NCBI GenBank assembly: GCA_041183345.1 | Contig: JBEGLX010000001.1 | Span: 19,274 to 83,273 of the forward strand | DNA: 64,000 bases | Direction of reading: 5' to 3' | Source of the DNA: Planctomycetota bacterium | Lineage (GTDB): Bacteria; Planctomycetota; Phycisphaerae; Phycisphaerales; SM1A02 | Part shown: positions 17,306 through 26,390 of the stretch, one piece after another | How the letters are laid out: every line of letters starts with the position of its first letter | How positions within the stretch are numbered: the first letter of the stretch is position 1 | Translations under genes and position numbers: made by a program | The notes under the pieces: generated by a model | Told to the model about the DNA's origin: nothing | Database searches by the model: none | What the model saw: the letters and a program-made list of their open reading frames with translations, nothing else

Positions 17306-17374
17306 GTTCCTGAACTGCTTGCGCTTACCTGCTCGATGGTCGCTTGGTGACGCCATCGTTGCGAACCGTTCGAT

Positions 17375-17959
17375 CTACCAAGGCTCGAAGGTTCGCCCCT
17401 CGCGATCGAGATCGATCGGAACGAGGATTCCCGAGTCGTCCTTGTCGGCCCGCACGGGGACACTCGAGTAGTTCTCGAGCACGAGCACGCCAGAGGTTTC
17501 TCGACCCTTCGCCGAGATGAGAATCCTTGGGCGCGAGCCATCGGGATTCGAGGTTATCGTCCACATGTCCTCGCGGATGCCGATGTCGTCCGTGGACGCT
17601 TCATCGATCATCATCGATTCAGGCAGGTCAACGACCGGGCTCAGGCGGTCTTGCTGCCAAACCCGCGGTCCTTCGGGATCCTTCGGATTCAGGTCGAGGA
17701 TCCAGAGGCTCACCTCGCCCGCCTGCTTGTCGTAGTGGAGACCGATCTGCTGCGTGCCGACCGCGTTCCGGAAGGCGAACATGCGCATCAGATCCTCGAT
17801 CTCGGTGATCGCCTTCTCCTCGCGCTGGCGCTCGACGACGATGAACCGGGGCACCGCCATCGCGGCGACCACCACGAGCACCGCCGAGACGACGATGATC
17901 TCGAGCAGCGAGAACCCGCGCTTCGGCCGTCGGCGGAACTGTGGCGCTTCGGCGTGCAC
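17375..17959 (-). CDS. GspH-like minor pseudopilin
   Basis: Prepilin motif KRG/FSLLEIIVVSAVLVVVA. I chose the GTG at 17959, which is preceded by AAGGAAGGA, because the ORF-track start at 18058 would overlap gspG by 80 nt. Confidence 0.65.
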   Translation of the reverse strand: MHAEAPQFRRRPKRGFSLLEIIVVSAVLVVVAAMAVPRFIVVERQREEKAITEIEDLMRMFAFRNAVGTQQIGLHYDKQAGEVSLWILDLNPKDPEGPRVWQQDRLSPVVDLPESMMIDEASTDDIGIREDMWTITSNPDGSRPRILISAKGRETSGVLVLENYSSVPVRADKDDSGILVPIDLDREGRTFEPW

Positions 17960-17978
17960 GCGCGGATCCTTCCTTCGC

Positions 17979-18413
17979 TTACTCGGTCTTCTTCGGCGCC
18001 TTGCCGTGGGTGATGTCGCCGTTCTCGCCTTCGCCGCCGGGGATGCCGTCGGCGCCATAGCTCACGATGTCGAAGTCGCGGCCGTTGGTGCCCTCGCGGA
18101 TGATGTACCGATTGCCCCAAGGATCGAGCAGGTCGTCGGTCGACTCGAGGTACTCAGGCACGAGCACATCGAGCGCGAAGTCCGCGCCGACCTGCGTCGA
18201 GTGGCGGTCGGTCAGGTAGATCTTGACCTGCGCGGCGATGGCGTTCGCCTCGGTGCGCGCCTGGTCCTGCTTCGCGCCCGAGAGGCGCTTGAGGAGCTGC
18301 GGTGCGACCAGACCTGCGAAGATCGCGATGATCGTGACCGCGACGATGACCTCGATGAGGCTGAAGCCGCGGCGGAGGCGGCGGTTCTGGCGGCGGTTGT
18401 TCTTCTGCTGCAT
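17979..18413 (-). CDS. gspG: Major pseudopilin GspG
   Basis: 144 aa from the ATG at 18413: MQQKNNRRQNRRLRRG/FSLIEVIVAVTIIAIFAGLVAPQL...DPWGNRYII...IVSYGADGIPGG. This is the canonical GspG pattern. The rest of ORF 17979..19004 overlaps gspF and is spurious. Confidence 0.85.
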   Translation of the reverse strand: MQQKNNRRQNRRLRRGFSLIEVIVAVTIIAIFAGLVAPQLLKRLSGAKQDQARTEANAIAAQVKIYLTDRHSTQVGADFALDVLVPEYLESTDDLLDPWGNRYIIREGTNGRDFDIVSYGADGIPGGEGENGDITHGKAPKKTE

Positions 18414-18451
18414 GGTTGACTCCTGTCGGATGAGCCTGGCGGAGGTGCGCG

Positions 18452-19666
18452 TCACGCGCCCGCCGCCTTCTGAAGTTCGATGATCGGGAGAAGGATTGCC
18501 GAGAGCACGAAGCTCGCGATGAGCGCCATGATGACGAGCAGGATCGTCGGCAGGACGCGGGTGAAGAGCTTGAGCGAGTTGTTCACCTGGCGGTCGAACG
18601 ACCCGGCGGCGTGGAGCAGCATCTGCTCGAGGCGGCCCGAGCGCTCGCCGATGTTGACGATCTGCACGAGAAGCGGCGGGAAGTGGCCGCTTCGCTCGAG
18701 TGGATCCGCGAGCGACTGGCCCGTCGAGACCTTGTCGGTGACCTGGTCGATCGCGTGCATCAGCGCCTGGTTGCCGAGGGTGTCGCGCACGATCTTGAGC
18801 GCGTTGAGGATCGGGATGCCTGCCGACACCAGCGTGCCGAGCGTGCGGGTGAAGCGGGCGACGGCGATGTCGCGGACAAGGCGCCCGACCACAGGCAGGC
18901 TGAGCAGGTAGGTGTCGAAGCGAAGGCGATTCGCCGGCTTCGCCAGCCAGTTGCGCCACGCCACGCCCGCGAGCAGCATCGCCGCAGCGAGCACAAGCCA
19001 CCACGCCGCGATGAAGTCGGAGACTCCCATGAGGATCTGCGTGGGCAGCGGGAGGTCGAGGTTCGCCTGGAGGATCGGCTTCATCACGCGGGGAAGCACG
19101 AAGGCGATGAGCACGACGACGCTGACCGCGATGAGTCCCGCGATCATGATCGGATAGACGATTGCCCCGACGACCTCGCGGCGAAGCTCGACCGAGCGCT
19201 CGAGCAGGTCGCCGAGCTGGTGGAGGATCTCCGCAGTGCGTCCCGACGCATCGGCGGCGCGAAGCATGCCCGTCGTCATGTCATCGAACGGCGGTCCATA
19301 CTCCTTCGCCGCGACGTGGAACGGCACGCCCGCCTCCACGCGCTCGATGATGAAGTCGAGGATCACCTGCATGTTCTTGTGCGCGGCCTGGCGGCGCACG
19401 GTCCGGAGCGCCTGCATGAGCGGCAGGCCGGCCTCGAGCGCGGTGGCGAGCTCGCGGACGAGATCTGCGAGCTCCGAGCGCGAGATCGTCGGGCGCGCGT
19501 TCGATCCCGACTCTGCAGCCGCGTCTGCCTCGCTCATCACGAGGTCGAGCGGCGTCTCGCCCTTCTGCTGGAGCATGCGCATCGCCGTCGCGCGGTCAGG
19601 TGCGACCACCGTGCCATTCTGCATGGCGCCGTCGGTCGCGAGTGCTTGGTAGCGGAAGGAAGGCAT
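18452..19666 (-). CDS. gspF: T2SS inner-membrane platform protein GspF
   Basis: 404 aa with a duplicated T2SSF-type architecture (MPSFRYQALATDG..., two cytoplasmic helical domains and three TM segments). Confidence 0.85.
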   Translation of the reverse strand: MPSFRYQALATDGAMQNGTVVAPDRATAMRMLQQKGETPLDLVMSEADAAAESGSNARPTISRSELADLVRELATALEAGLPLMQALRTVRRQAAHKNMQVILDFIIERVEAGVPFHVAAKEYGPPFDDMTTGMLRAADASGRTAEILHQLGDLLERSVELRREVVGAIVYPIMIAGLIAVSVVVLIAFVLPRVMKPILQANLDLPLPTQILMGVSDFIAAWWLVLAAAMLLAGVAWRNWLAKPANRLRFDTYLLSLPVVGRLVRDIAVARFTRTLGTLVSAGIPILNALKIVRDTLGNQALMHAIDQVTDKVSTGQSLADPLERSGHFPPLLVQIVNIGERSGRLEQMLLHAAGSFDRQVNNSLKLFTRVLPTILLVIMALIASFVLSAILLPIIELQKAAGA

Positions 19667-19674
19667 GGTTCAGG

Positions 19675-21366
19675 TCAGGACTTCTTCAGTCCCTCCGAGA
19701 AGTCCTCGACGTCCTGCGTCGCGCGGAGGACTTCCTCCACGGTCGAGATGCCCTCGGCGACCTTGCGGATGCCGTCCTCGCGCATGGTGATGAACTCGGG
19801 GTCGAGCAGGGCCTTGAGCTCATGCACGGGGCGGTTCTGCGCGATGGCTGCGCGCAGGGCCGAGGAGACGCGGACGATCTCGAAGAAGCCGAGCCGGCCG
19901 CGGAATCCGCTGTTGCCGCACTTGTCGCAGCCGCGGCCGAACATCTGGAATCCGCCGAGCCGCTGCCGCTCATCGGGCGTGAGCCGGTTCTGCGTGTCCT
20001 CGCTGATCGGACGGCGCTCCTTGCAGGCCTCGCATAGCCGGCGGCCGAGGCGCTGCGCGAGCAGGCCCTCGAGCACGCTCGCGGCGAGGTAGGGCTCGGC
20101 GCCCATGTCGAAGAGGCGGCCGACCGACGAAATGGCGTCGTTGGTGTGCAGCGTCGAGAAGATCAAGTGACCCGTCAGCGCTGAGCGGATGGCGATGTCG
20201 GCGGTCTCGGTATCGCGGATCTCGCCGACGAACACGATGTCGGGGTCCTGGCGCAGGATGGCGCGCAAGCCGGTCGCGAAGCTGAGTCCACGCTTGGCGT
20301 TGACGGGGATCTGGTTGATGCCGTTGAGCTCGTACTCGACGGGATCCTCGATGGTGATGATCTTCTTGCGCGGGTCGTAGAGCTTCGAGAGCGCCGCGTA
20401 GAGCGTCGTCGTCTTGCCCGAGCCGGTCGGACCCGTGACGAGCACGAGGCCGTGCGGCTTCTCGATCATGCGGTCGACGATCGCGCGGTGCGACTCGCTC
20501 ATGCCCAGGCTCTTGAGATCGAGCGGCAGCGAGCTCTTGTCGAGGATACGCATGACGACCGATTCGCCATACAGGGTCGGCACGGTGGACACGCGGATGT
20601 CGACCTTGCGGCCTTCGAAGCGCAGCGTGATGTGGCCGTCCTGCGGCACATAGCGCTCGGCGATGTTCATGCCCGCCATGATCTTGATGCGGCCGATCAG
20701 GGCGGCCTGCAGGTGCTTCGGTGGCTGGGGCTGCGAGACAAGCACGCCGTCGATGCGGTACTTGACGCGCAGCTCGCTCTCGAAGGGCTCGACGTGCACG
20801 TCGCTCGTGCGGCTCTGGATCGCCTCGAGCAGGATCAGGTTCACCAGGTTGATGAGCGTGGGCTGCTCGGCCATCCGGTGGACGTCGTCCGCCTCGATGG
20901 CATCGAGGTTGTGCTCGTTGTCGGGGGTCGCGGCGAGTCCGCCGTCGGAGGCGAGGGTCTCGGCCATGCGCGCTGCGGTGGTGCCGTAGCGGTCGCGCAT
21001 GAGCTCGCGGAAGGCCGGGCCTTCGAGTCCGATGCGCTTGACCGAACGCGAGGTGACCGCGCCGATCTCGTCGACAGCCGCGGTGTCGAGCGGGTCAAGC
21101 ATGGCCACGACCAGGCGATTGCCTTCGATGGCGATGGGCACGGCGCCGAGGCGGACAGCGAGCTCGGGAGCAAGCAGTTCCGCGGCGGCAGGATCCGAAG
21201 CGGGCGTCTTGTCGAGCCACTCGATGCCGAGGAGCGCGCAGCGCTCTCGAACGCCCGCATCCTGCGAGGGCGGCGTTGCCGCCGCACGTGCGTCCTTGGC
21301 CGACACCGAGATCTCGGTGAGGGTCGCGGTTCCGTTGATGCCGTTGGATCCCATCTGCACGTGCAT
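19675..21366 (-). CDS. gspE: T2SS/T4P assembly ATPase GspE
   Basis: 563 aa. N-terminal T2SSE_N-type domain. Walker A (VTGPTGSGKTTT), Asp box, Walker B and His box (FSTLHTND). Tetracysteine motif (CEAC...CDKC). Confidence 0.9.
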   Translation of the reverse strand: MHVQMGSNGINGTATLTEISVSAKDARAAATPPSQDAGVRERCALLGIEWLDKTPASDPAAAELLAPELAVRLGAVPIAIEGNRLVVAMLDPLDTAAVDEIGAVTSRSVKRIGLEGPAFRELMRDRYGTTAARMAETLASDGGLAATPDNEHNLDAIEADDVHRMAEQPTLINLVNLILLEAIQSRTSDVHVEPFESELRVKYRIDGVLVSQPQPPKHLQAALIGRIKIMAGMNIAERYVPQDGHITLRFEGRKVDIRVSTVPTLYGESVVMRILDKSSLPLDLKSLGMSESHRAIVDRMIEKPHGLVLVTGPTGSGKTTTLYAALSKLYDPRKKIITIEDPVEYELNGINQIPVNAKRGLSFATGLRAILRQDPDIVFVGEIRDTETADIAIRSALTGHLIFSTLHTNDAISSVGRLFDMGAEPYLAASVLEGLLAQRLGRRLCEACKERRPISEDTQNRLTPDERQRLGGFQMFGRGCDKCGNSGFRGRLGFFEIVRVSSALRAAIAQNRPVHELKALLDPEFITMREDGIRKVAEGISTVEEVLRATQDVEDFSEGLKKS

Positions 21367-21388
21367 TCCTCTCCGCCCGCTTCAGCCG

Positions 21389-22804
21389 TTACTCGGCCTT
21401 CTTCGGGCTCTCATTCGGCTGGCTGCCGGGCTTGGTGTCATTCAGCGAAGGCTTGCCCTCGCCCTTTGGCTTGACCGCTGGATCGATGATTTCCTCGGCG
21501 CCGCCGAGCCCTGGCGCCGTCGACTTCGAGCCGCCGCCGGTGCCGAGGTGCGTCGCGTCGCTGTACTTCTGACCGCCAGCAAGGTCGGCACCGGGCTTGC
21601 CGAAGCCGGGCACGAGTTCCTTCTGGTTGTCGTTGAGCACCTCCGCGATCATGGCGCGGAAGCGGGTGTACAGCTCCTGACGCTCGAGCTTGATCGCATC
21701 GATCTCAGGGGACTGGTTGAAGTTCGGGTTGCCGCCGGCAGCCTTCATCGCCAGCGCCTCGGCGCGGCGGCGGGGCTCCTTCGGCTCGGACTCGCGGATC
21801 TTGTCCGCGAAGCGCTTCTGCAGCTCGCCGTGGGTCGAGTCGAAATTGGTGCGGATCTCGCCGAGCTTCGTCTTCTGCTCAGGGGTCAGGTCGGGCAGCG
21901 CGAGGGCGGCCTCGAAGAGCGGGGTGACCGGATCGGGTCCGTAGACAAGCGGGAAGGCGCGGCGGAGGGCGCGCTCCTCGAACTTCTTGCCGTAGTCGCC
22001 ACCGAGGGCGTCACGGATCGCGACGAGGCCGCGGTCCTGGGCGTCGCGGACGGCGACGCGAAGATCCATGACGCGCTGCTCGGTCGCGACGAACTTGTTG
22101 GTGTCGTTCAGCGACTTGAGCCGCGTTCCGATGGAGGACTCGTCCTCGCGGTCGCGGGCGGCGAGCGTCTCGTCGAGCTGCACCTCGTAGGCATCCATCG
22201 CGGCTCGGGCGCCGTCGGCGACGATCGGCGGAACGTCGATCTCGCGGGTGATGAGGATCAGGTTCAGCGACTCGCCCGAAAGCACGCCATTCGGCAGCGA
22301 CTTCTCGCGGCGCATCGCCCGCTCGAAGCGCGGCCACGCCTCCGACTGCACGTCGCTCAGCTGGCTGCGGACGCTCTCAAGGAAGTCGTCGCGGAGCTTC
22401 TTCTTCTCGGTGCCCCAATCGATGAGCGGGGCGGAGATCATCTCGACGATCTTGTCCGGGTTGCTCGATGCAGCGACATCCTTGAACTGGCTCATCTTCG
22501 AGCGCACGCCGTCGGCGGCGGTGGCGAAGTTGGTGCCGTAGTCCTCAAGGAGCGCCTCGAGGATCGGGCGCTGCCACTCCTCGAGTCCGAGCGAGTCCAC
22601 GAAGACGGGGAGGTCTCGGGGCAGGAAGTCGGGGACGAACAACGCGCCCATTCCGCCTCGGCCCGCCTGCGCTTGGACGCTGGAGGACATCGAGCAGGCC
22701 AGCCCAGCCGCAATGACGGCGGCAGCGAGCTTGGTGCGGAGCGAGGTGAGGGCGCGGCGGTGGTTGAAGCTGATCACGGACATCTCCTTGCGGAATCGGA
22801 ACAT
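21389..22804 (-). CDS. Secreted all-helical protein of unknown function, first gene of the T2SS-like operon
   Basis: 471 aa. Signal peptide (KLAAAVIAAGLACSMSSSVQAQA). Repeated helical segments with LTxxQ-like motifs (LTPEQKTKLGEI, LGLEEWQRPIL, LNDNQKELV). Its stop lies 22 nt before the gspE start. Confidence 0.6.
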   Translation of the reverse strand: MFRFRKEMSVISFNHRRALTSLRTKLAAAVIAAGLACSMSSSVQAQAGRGGMGALFVPDFLPRDLPVFVDSLGLEEWQRPILEALLEDYGTNFATAADGVRSKMSQFKDVAASSNPDKIVEMISAPLIDWGTEKKKLRDDFLESVRSQLSDVQSEAWPRFERAMRREKSLPNGVLSGESLNLILITREIDVPPIVADGARAAMDAYEVQLDETLAARDREDESSIGTRLKSLNDTNKFVATEQRVMDLRVAVRDAQDRGLVAIRDALGGDYGKKFEERALRRAFPLVYGPDPVTPLFEAALALPDLTPEQKTKLGEIRTNFDSTHGELQKRFADKIRESEPKEPRRRAEALAMKAAGGNPNFNQSPEIDAIKLERQELYTRFRAMIAEVLNDNQKELVPGFGKPGADLAGGQKYSDATHLGTGGGSKSTAPGLGGAEEIIDPAVKPKGEGKPSLNDTKPGSQPNESPKKAE

Positions 22805-23100
22805 GCTCGTCCGCTTCGCTCGCGGCTCGAGGGGCGGTCATTGTTCCACATCGCGCGGATTTCGTTGCCCATTTCGGCGCACGAGCAACGAAGTCGATGG
22901 GATTCTGATGCCCGATTCCTCTCGGGATTTTCGGCGGTTGACTGACGACGGACGGTTGCAAGAGCCTCGGTCCACAGCGGTTCGATGGCACCGCTCCCGG
23001 GCGCACGCCCGAGCCTTGGTTGATCGACCGAACGCAAGGGGCACTGCACCCCGCCTCTGGAGTGTCAGAGAAAGTCAGGTTGCCGATAACTCGCGCGGTC

Positions 23101-23808
23101 TCAGTTTGAGTTGCGCGGACGCACGGTGCGCTGCTCGATTCGCTTCTCCGAGACGGTCTTCACGATGCGGTCGACGAAGATTCCAGGCGTGTGGATCTGG
23201 TCTGGATCGAGCGAGCCTGCGGGCACGATCTCCTCGACCTCCGCCACGCAGGCCTTGCCACACATCGCGACCATCGGGTTGAAGTTGCGCGCGGTCTTCC
23301 GGAACACCAGATTGCCTGTGGTGTCGGCCTTCCATGCCTTGACCAGCGACAGGTCTGCGCGGATGCCGCGCTCGAGCACATAGGTCTCCCCGTCGAACTC
23401 CTTGATCTCCTTGCCCTCCGCGACAACGGTGCCGACGCCGGTCTTGGTGTAGAAGCCAGCGATTCCCGCGCCTCCCGCCCGCATGCGCTCGGCAAGCGTG
23501 CCTTGCGGGTTGAACTCGAGCTCAAGTTCGCCGGACATGAATTGCCGCTCGAACTCCGCGTTCTCGCCCACGTAGCTGGAGACCATCTTGCGGATCTGCC
23601 GCGTCTTCAACAGCAGCCCGAGCCCCCATTCATCGACGCCCGCGTTGTTGCTGACGGCGGTCAGTCCCTTCGCGCCTGAATCGCGGAGCGCGATGATGAG
23701 CTGCTCGGGGATTCCGCAGAGCCCGAAGCCGCCGACGGCGATGGTGATGCCGTCGCCGGCGAGACCCTCGAGCGCGGCGTTCGGCGATTCGTAGACCTTT
23801 GTCTTCAT
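23101..23808 (-). CDS. scoA: 3-oxoacid CoA-transferase subunit A
   Basis: 235 aa with close full-length resemblance to ScoA/AtoD ([58 protein letters not shown]). Confidence 0.85.
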   Translation of the reverse strand: MKTKVYESPNAALEGLAGDGITIAVGGFGLCGIPEQLIIALRDSGAKGLTAVSNNAGVDEWGLGLLLKTRQIRKMVSSYVGENAEFERQFMSGELELEFNPQGTLAERMRAGGAGIAGFYTKTGVGTVVAEGKEIKEFDGETYVLERGIRADLSLVKAWKADTTGNLVFRKTARNFNPMVAMCGKACVAEVEEIVPAGSLDPDQIHTPGIFVDRIVKTVSEKRIEQRTVRPRNSN

Positions 23809-23940
23809 GGGGCGAGAAGTGTACCGTCAGGATTCCGAGTGGAATGCACGCGAGGCGCGCCCGCGGGGATGAGCCAGGGCACGCCTCGTGGTGTTCAGGT
23901 GAAGCCGACTTCGCAGGGCTTCGCTCGGCTGCTTGCTCGG

Positions 23941-25146
23941 TCAGTTTGCCGATGGCGGAGTGCGACCCTCGCGTGTGGCGATGTCGTCAGCCATCGCAAC
24001 CGCGGCGTCGGGATTTGCCGCCTGAAGCGCGGTGCGGATCTTCTCCAGCGCCTTGTTCTGGATCTGGCGCACGCGCTCCTTGGTCACGCCGATGACCTGG
24101 CCGACTTGCTCGAGGGTCAGTGGCTCGGCGGGAACAGAAGAGGTTCCCTGTTCCAGCGCGAGTTCGACGTCGAGCCCGAAGCGGTGGCTGATCACTTTGA
24201 TCTCGATGTCCGAAAGGTCGGCTTTGTTCGAGGTCACGATGTGACGCACCTCATCCGCGCACTCCCGTTCGTGGGTCGCGCGAACGGTCTCAAGGTGGTT
24301 GGACTTCTCAAGCGCGGGGTCGTACTCGGCACCGAAGCGCTTCTTCTGGGTGGAGACCTTGATGCCGTGGCGGCTGAAGGCCTTCAGGATCGCACGGCAG
24401 GCGTAGGTGGAGAACTTGAACCCGCGCCCGCAGTCGAACTTGTCGACCGAACGCATGAGCGCCATGTTTCCCTCGCCGATGAGGTCGGCGAAATCCACCT
24501 CGGATAGGCGGACGCGCTTGGCCATCGCCAGGACGAGCGCCAGATTGGTCTCAGCGAGCTGCTCTCGATACTGGTTGGCGATGGCGTGCCAACGGAGCAT
24601 GTCCCGTGCTTCCGCAAGGGTGAGTGAGCGTGACGCCGCCTGCTTCTGGATCTCTGAGATGCTGAAGCGGGCGAAGTTGTACTTCATGAACAGGACGCGC
24701 TCCTGCGCGCCGGTGAGCAGGACCGATGACTGCGCCTTCGGTGGGCGGGCGCCACGGCTGCGCGTCGAGATGAAGTCATCCATCAGCGGGCGATACCAGG
24801 TCACGTCTGGGCGAGTGATCTCTGCGGCGCCGTAGATGCGATCGGCTGCGTCGGGGAGGTGGTACTCGGGGTGGTCGATGTAGTCCATCGGCTCCGACAG
24901 CAGGGTCTTGAGCAGCCGCTCCTCCCCCTGGCTCAGCGGGGCGAGTTCGGTGCGCTTGCTGATCGAATTCGAGGTTTCCGCCCGAGCGGCAGGCGCCCCG
25001 GCGCCCTCGGATGATCCCGAGCGGGCGAGGGTGCGCGTCGCCGTCTCGGGGTTGCCGCGCTTGCGAGCCCGCATGAGCGGGGACTCGCGGACGGCGCCGC
25101 GACTCTCGGCGGTGAGGAGCTTGGAGCGGGTATCAGTCTGTCGCAT
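23941..25146 (-). CDS. RNA polymerase sigma-70 family factor (alternative, group 2/3-like)
   Basis: Region 2 (DLIGEGNMALMRSVDKFDCGRGFKFSTYACRAI) and region 4.2 (LTLEQVGQVIGVTKERVRQIQNKALEKIR). I chose the ATG at 25146, which is preceded by AAGGAGGG. The ORF track starts at 25227. Confidence 0.85.
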   Translation of the reverse strand: MRQTDTRSKLLTAESRGAVRESPLMRARKRGNPETATRTLARSGSSEGAGAPAARAETSNSISKRTELAPLSQGEERLLKTLLSEPMDYIDHPEYHLPDAADRIYGAAEITRPDVTWYRPLMDDFISTRSRGARPPKAQSSVLLTGAQERVLFMKYNFARFSISEIQKQAASRSLTLAEARDMLRWHAIANQYREQLAETNLALVLAMAKRVRLSEVDFADLIGEGNMALMRSVDKFDCGRGFKFSTYACRAILKAFSRHGIKVSTQKKRFGAEYDPALEKSNHLETVRATHERECADEVRHIVTSNKADLSDIEIKVISHRFGLDVELALEQGTSSVPAEPLTLEQVGQVIGVTKERVRQIQNKALEKIRTALQAANPDAAVAMADDIATREGRTPPSAN

Positions 25147-25691
25147 GAGGGAACCCTCCTTCGGACCACTTGGCGTTGATCGCGCCGACCTTCTGAATTC
25201 GTCTCCAAACGATTCCAGTTTCGACACCGACCTGAACCTTTAAGAACTTTTGACGAACGATCGATGGCTTTTTGCCGAAGATCGCAGAAGATTGCAGTGA
25301 ATCAAAGTAACTCTGGACAACACAAGATCAGTCGCGGGCTGGGAATCAGCGCGCGTTCAAAGCTTTTCCACACACATTCGGTCAATTTCCCAACATGATC
25401 TCGTTCGTTCAGGCCGTTTCGTGGCCAGCGGATCGAGATCTCACGAACCCATGCGCAGCGAACCGCGCACAACCTAGACGCTGCCCAGGCCCGCCGTGTT
25501 CGGGCTCACCCACCGGAACTTTCAATCTGCTCCTGACATCCGCTTGAACCGACTCGGCGCAGATCCGTTGCGGCGTCGGATGACGCACGCGGGGTGCCTG
25601 TCGGGGCTTGGAAGGTACGCCCTGACAGTGGCTTCTACGCAGAGGAAACGTCCCGTCGCCGCCGTTTCAGCGAGTTCGGGGTGAGAACCCA

Positions 25692-25734
25692 CCAAAACGA
25701 CCAGTTCTTTCGCAGCACGCTGCGAAAGAACTGG
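25692..25734 (-). terminator. Intrinsic terminator of ndk
   Basis: Perfect 15-bp stem CCAGTTCTTTCGCAG / CTGCGAAAGAACTGG (25701-25734) with a 4-nt loop. It is followed on the minus strand by TCGTTTTGG, 28 nt after the ndk stop. Confidence 0.75.
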
Positions 25735-25762
25735 TTATCAGTCGGGTTGTCTCGGACGGGGC

Positions 25763-26233
25763 TTACTCAGCCTTGCCCGAACTCGAGTCGTAGACCCAGC
25801 GGTCGCCGGCGCGAGGGAAATCGAGGACCTCGCCCGCCTTGAAGAAGAGCGAGAGCTCGCGTGCGGCTGCCTCTGGGCTATCCGAGCCGTGGATCAGGTT
25901 GAACGAGTTCGAGACGCCGAAGTCGCCTCGGATGGTGCCCGCGGCGGCCTTCGAGCCGAAGGTCGCGCCCATCATGGAGCGGGCGATGGTGATCGCACCG
26001 ATCCCGCGGACAGCCATCACGAGCACCGGAGAGCTGGTCATGAACCCGACGAGCCCGTTGTAGAAGGGCTTGCCCTGATGGTCCTTGTAGTGGGTGGCGG
26101 CGAGTTCGGGCGAGATCTGCATCAGCTTGGCGCCGACGATCTGCAGGCCCTTCTCCTCGAAGCGGGAGATGATGCGGCCCATGAGGCCGCGCTGGACGGC
26201 GTCTGGCTTGAGGATGATGAGCGTGGTTTCCAT
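25763..26233 (-). CDS. ndk: Nucleoside diphosphate kinase
   Basis: 156 aa from the ATG at 26233: METTLIILKPDAVQRGLMGRIISRFE...NLIHGSDS (active-site His context). The upstream part of ORF 25763..26662 is not Ndk-like. Confidence 0.9.
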   Translation of the reverse strand: METTLIILKPDAVQRGLMGRIISRFEEKGLQIVGAKLMQISPELAATHYKDHQGKPFYNGLVGFMTSSPVLVMAVRGIGAITIARSMMGATFGSKAAAGTIRGDFGVSNSFNLIHGSDSPEAAARELSLFFKAGEVLDFPRAGDRWVYDSSSGKAE

Positions 26234-26390
26234 GGTGTTTCCTCGTGGGTGGCGTGCGAAAGGGCGGGGAGTATAGCCGAGGCGGAAATTCGCGGGTGTC
26301 GCGGGATCCGTGAGCGAACCGCGGTTTCCCCGAGATTCTTCCGCTACTCTCGCGACCGCCAGTTGGGCGATGGAGCGCCCGGAGAACCAC

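Noticed and set aside
17979-19004. 341-aa ORF treated as a long GspG
   Set aside because: Only the last 144 codons are GspG-like, with a proper prepilin leader. The upstream part overlaps gspF out of frame.
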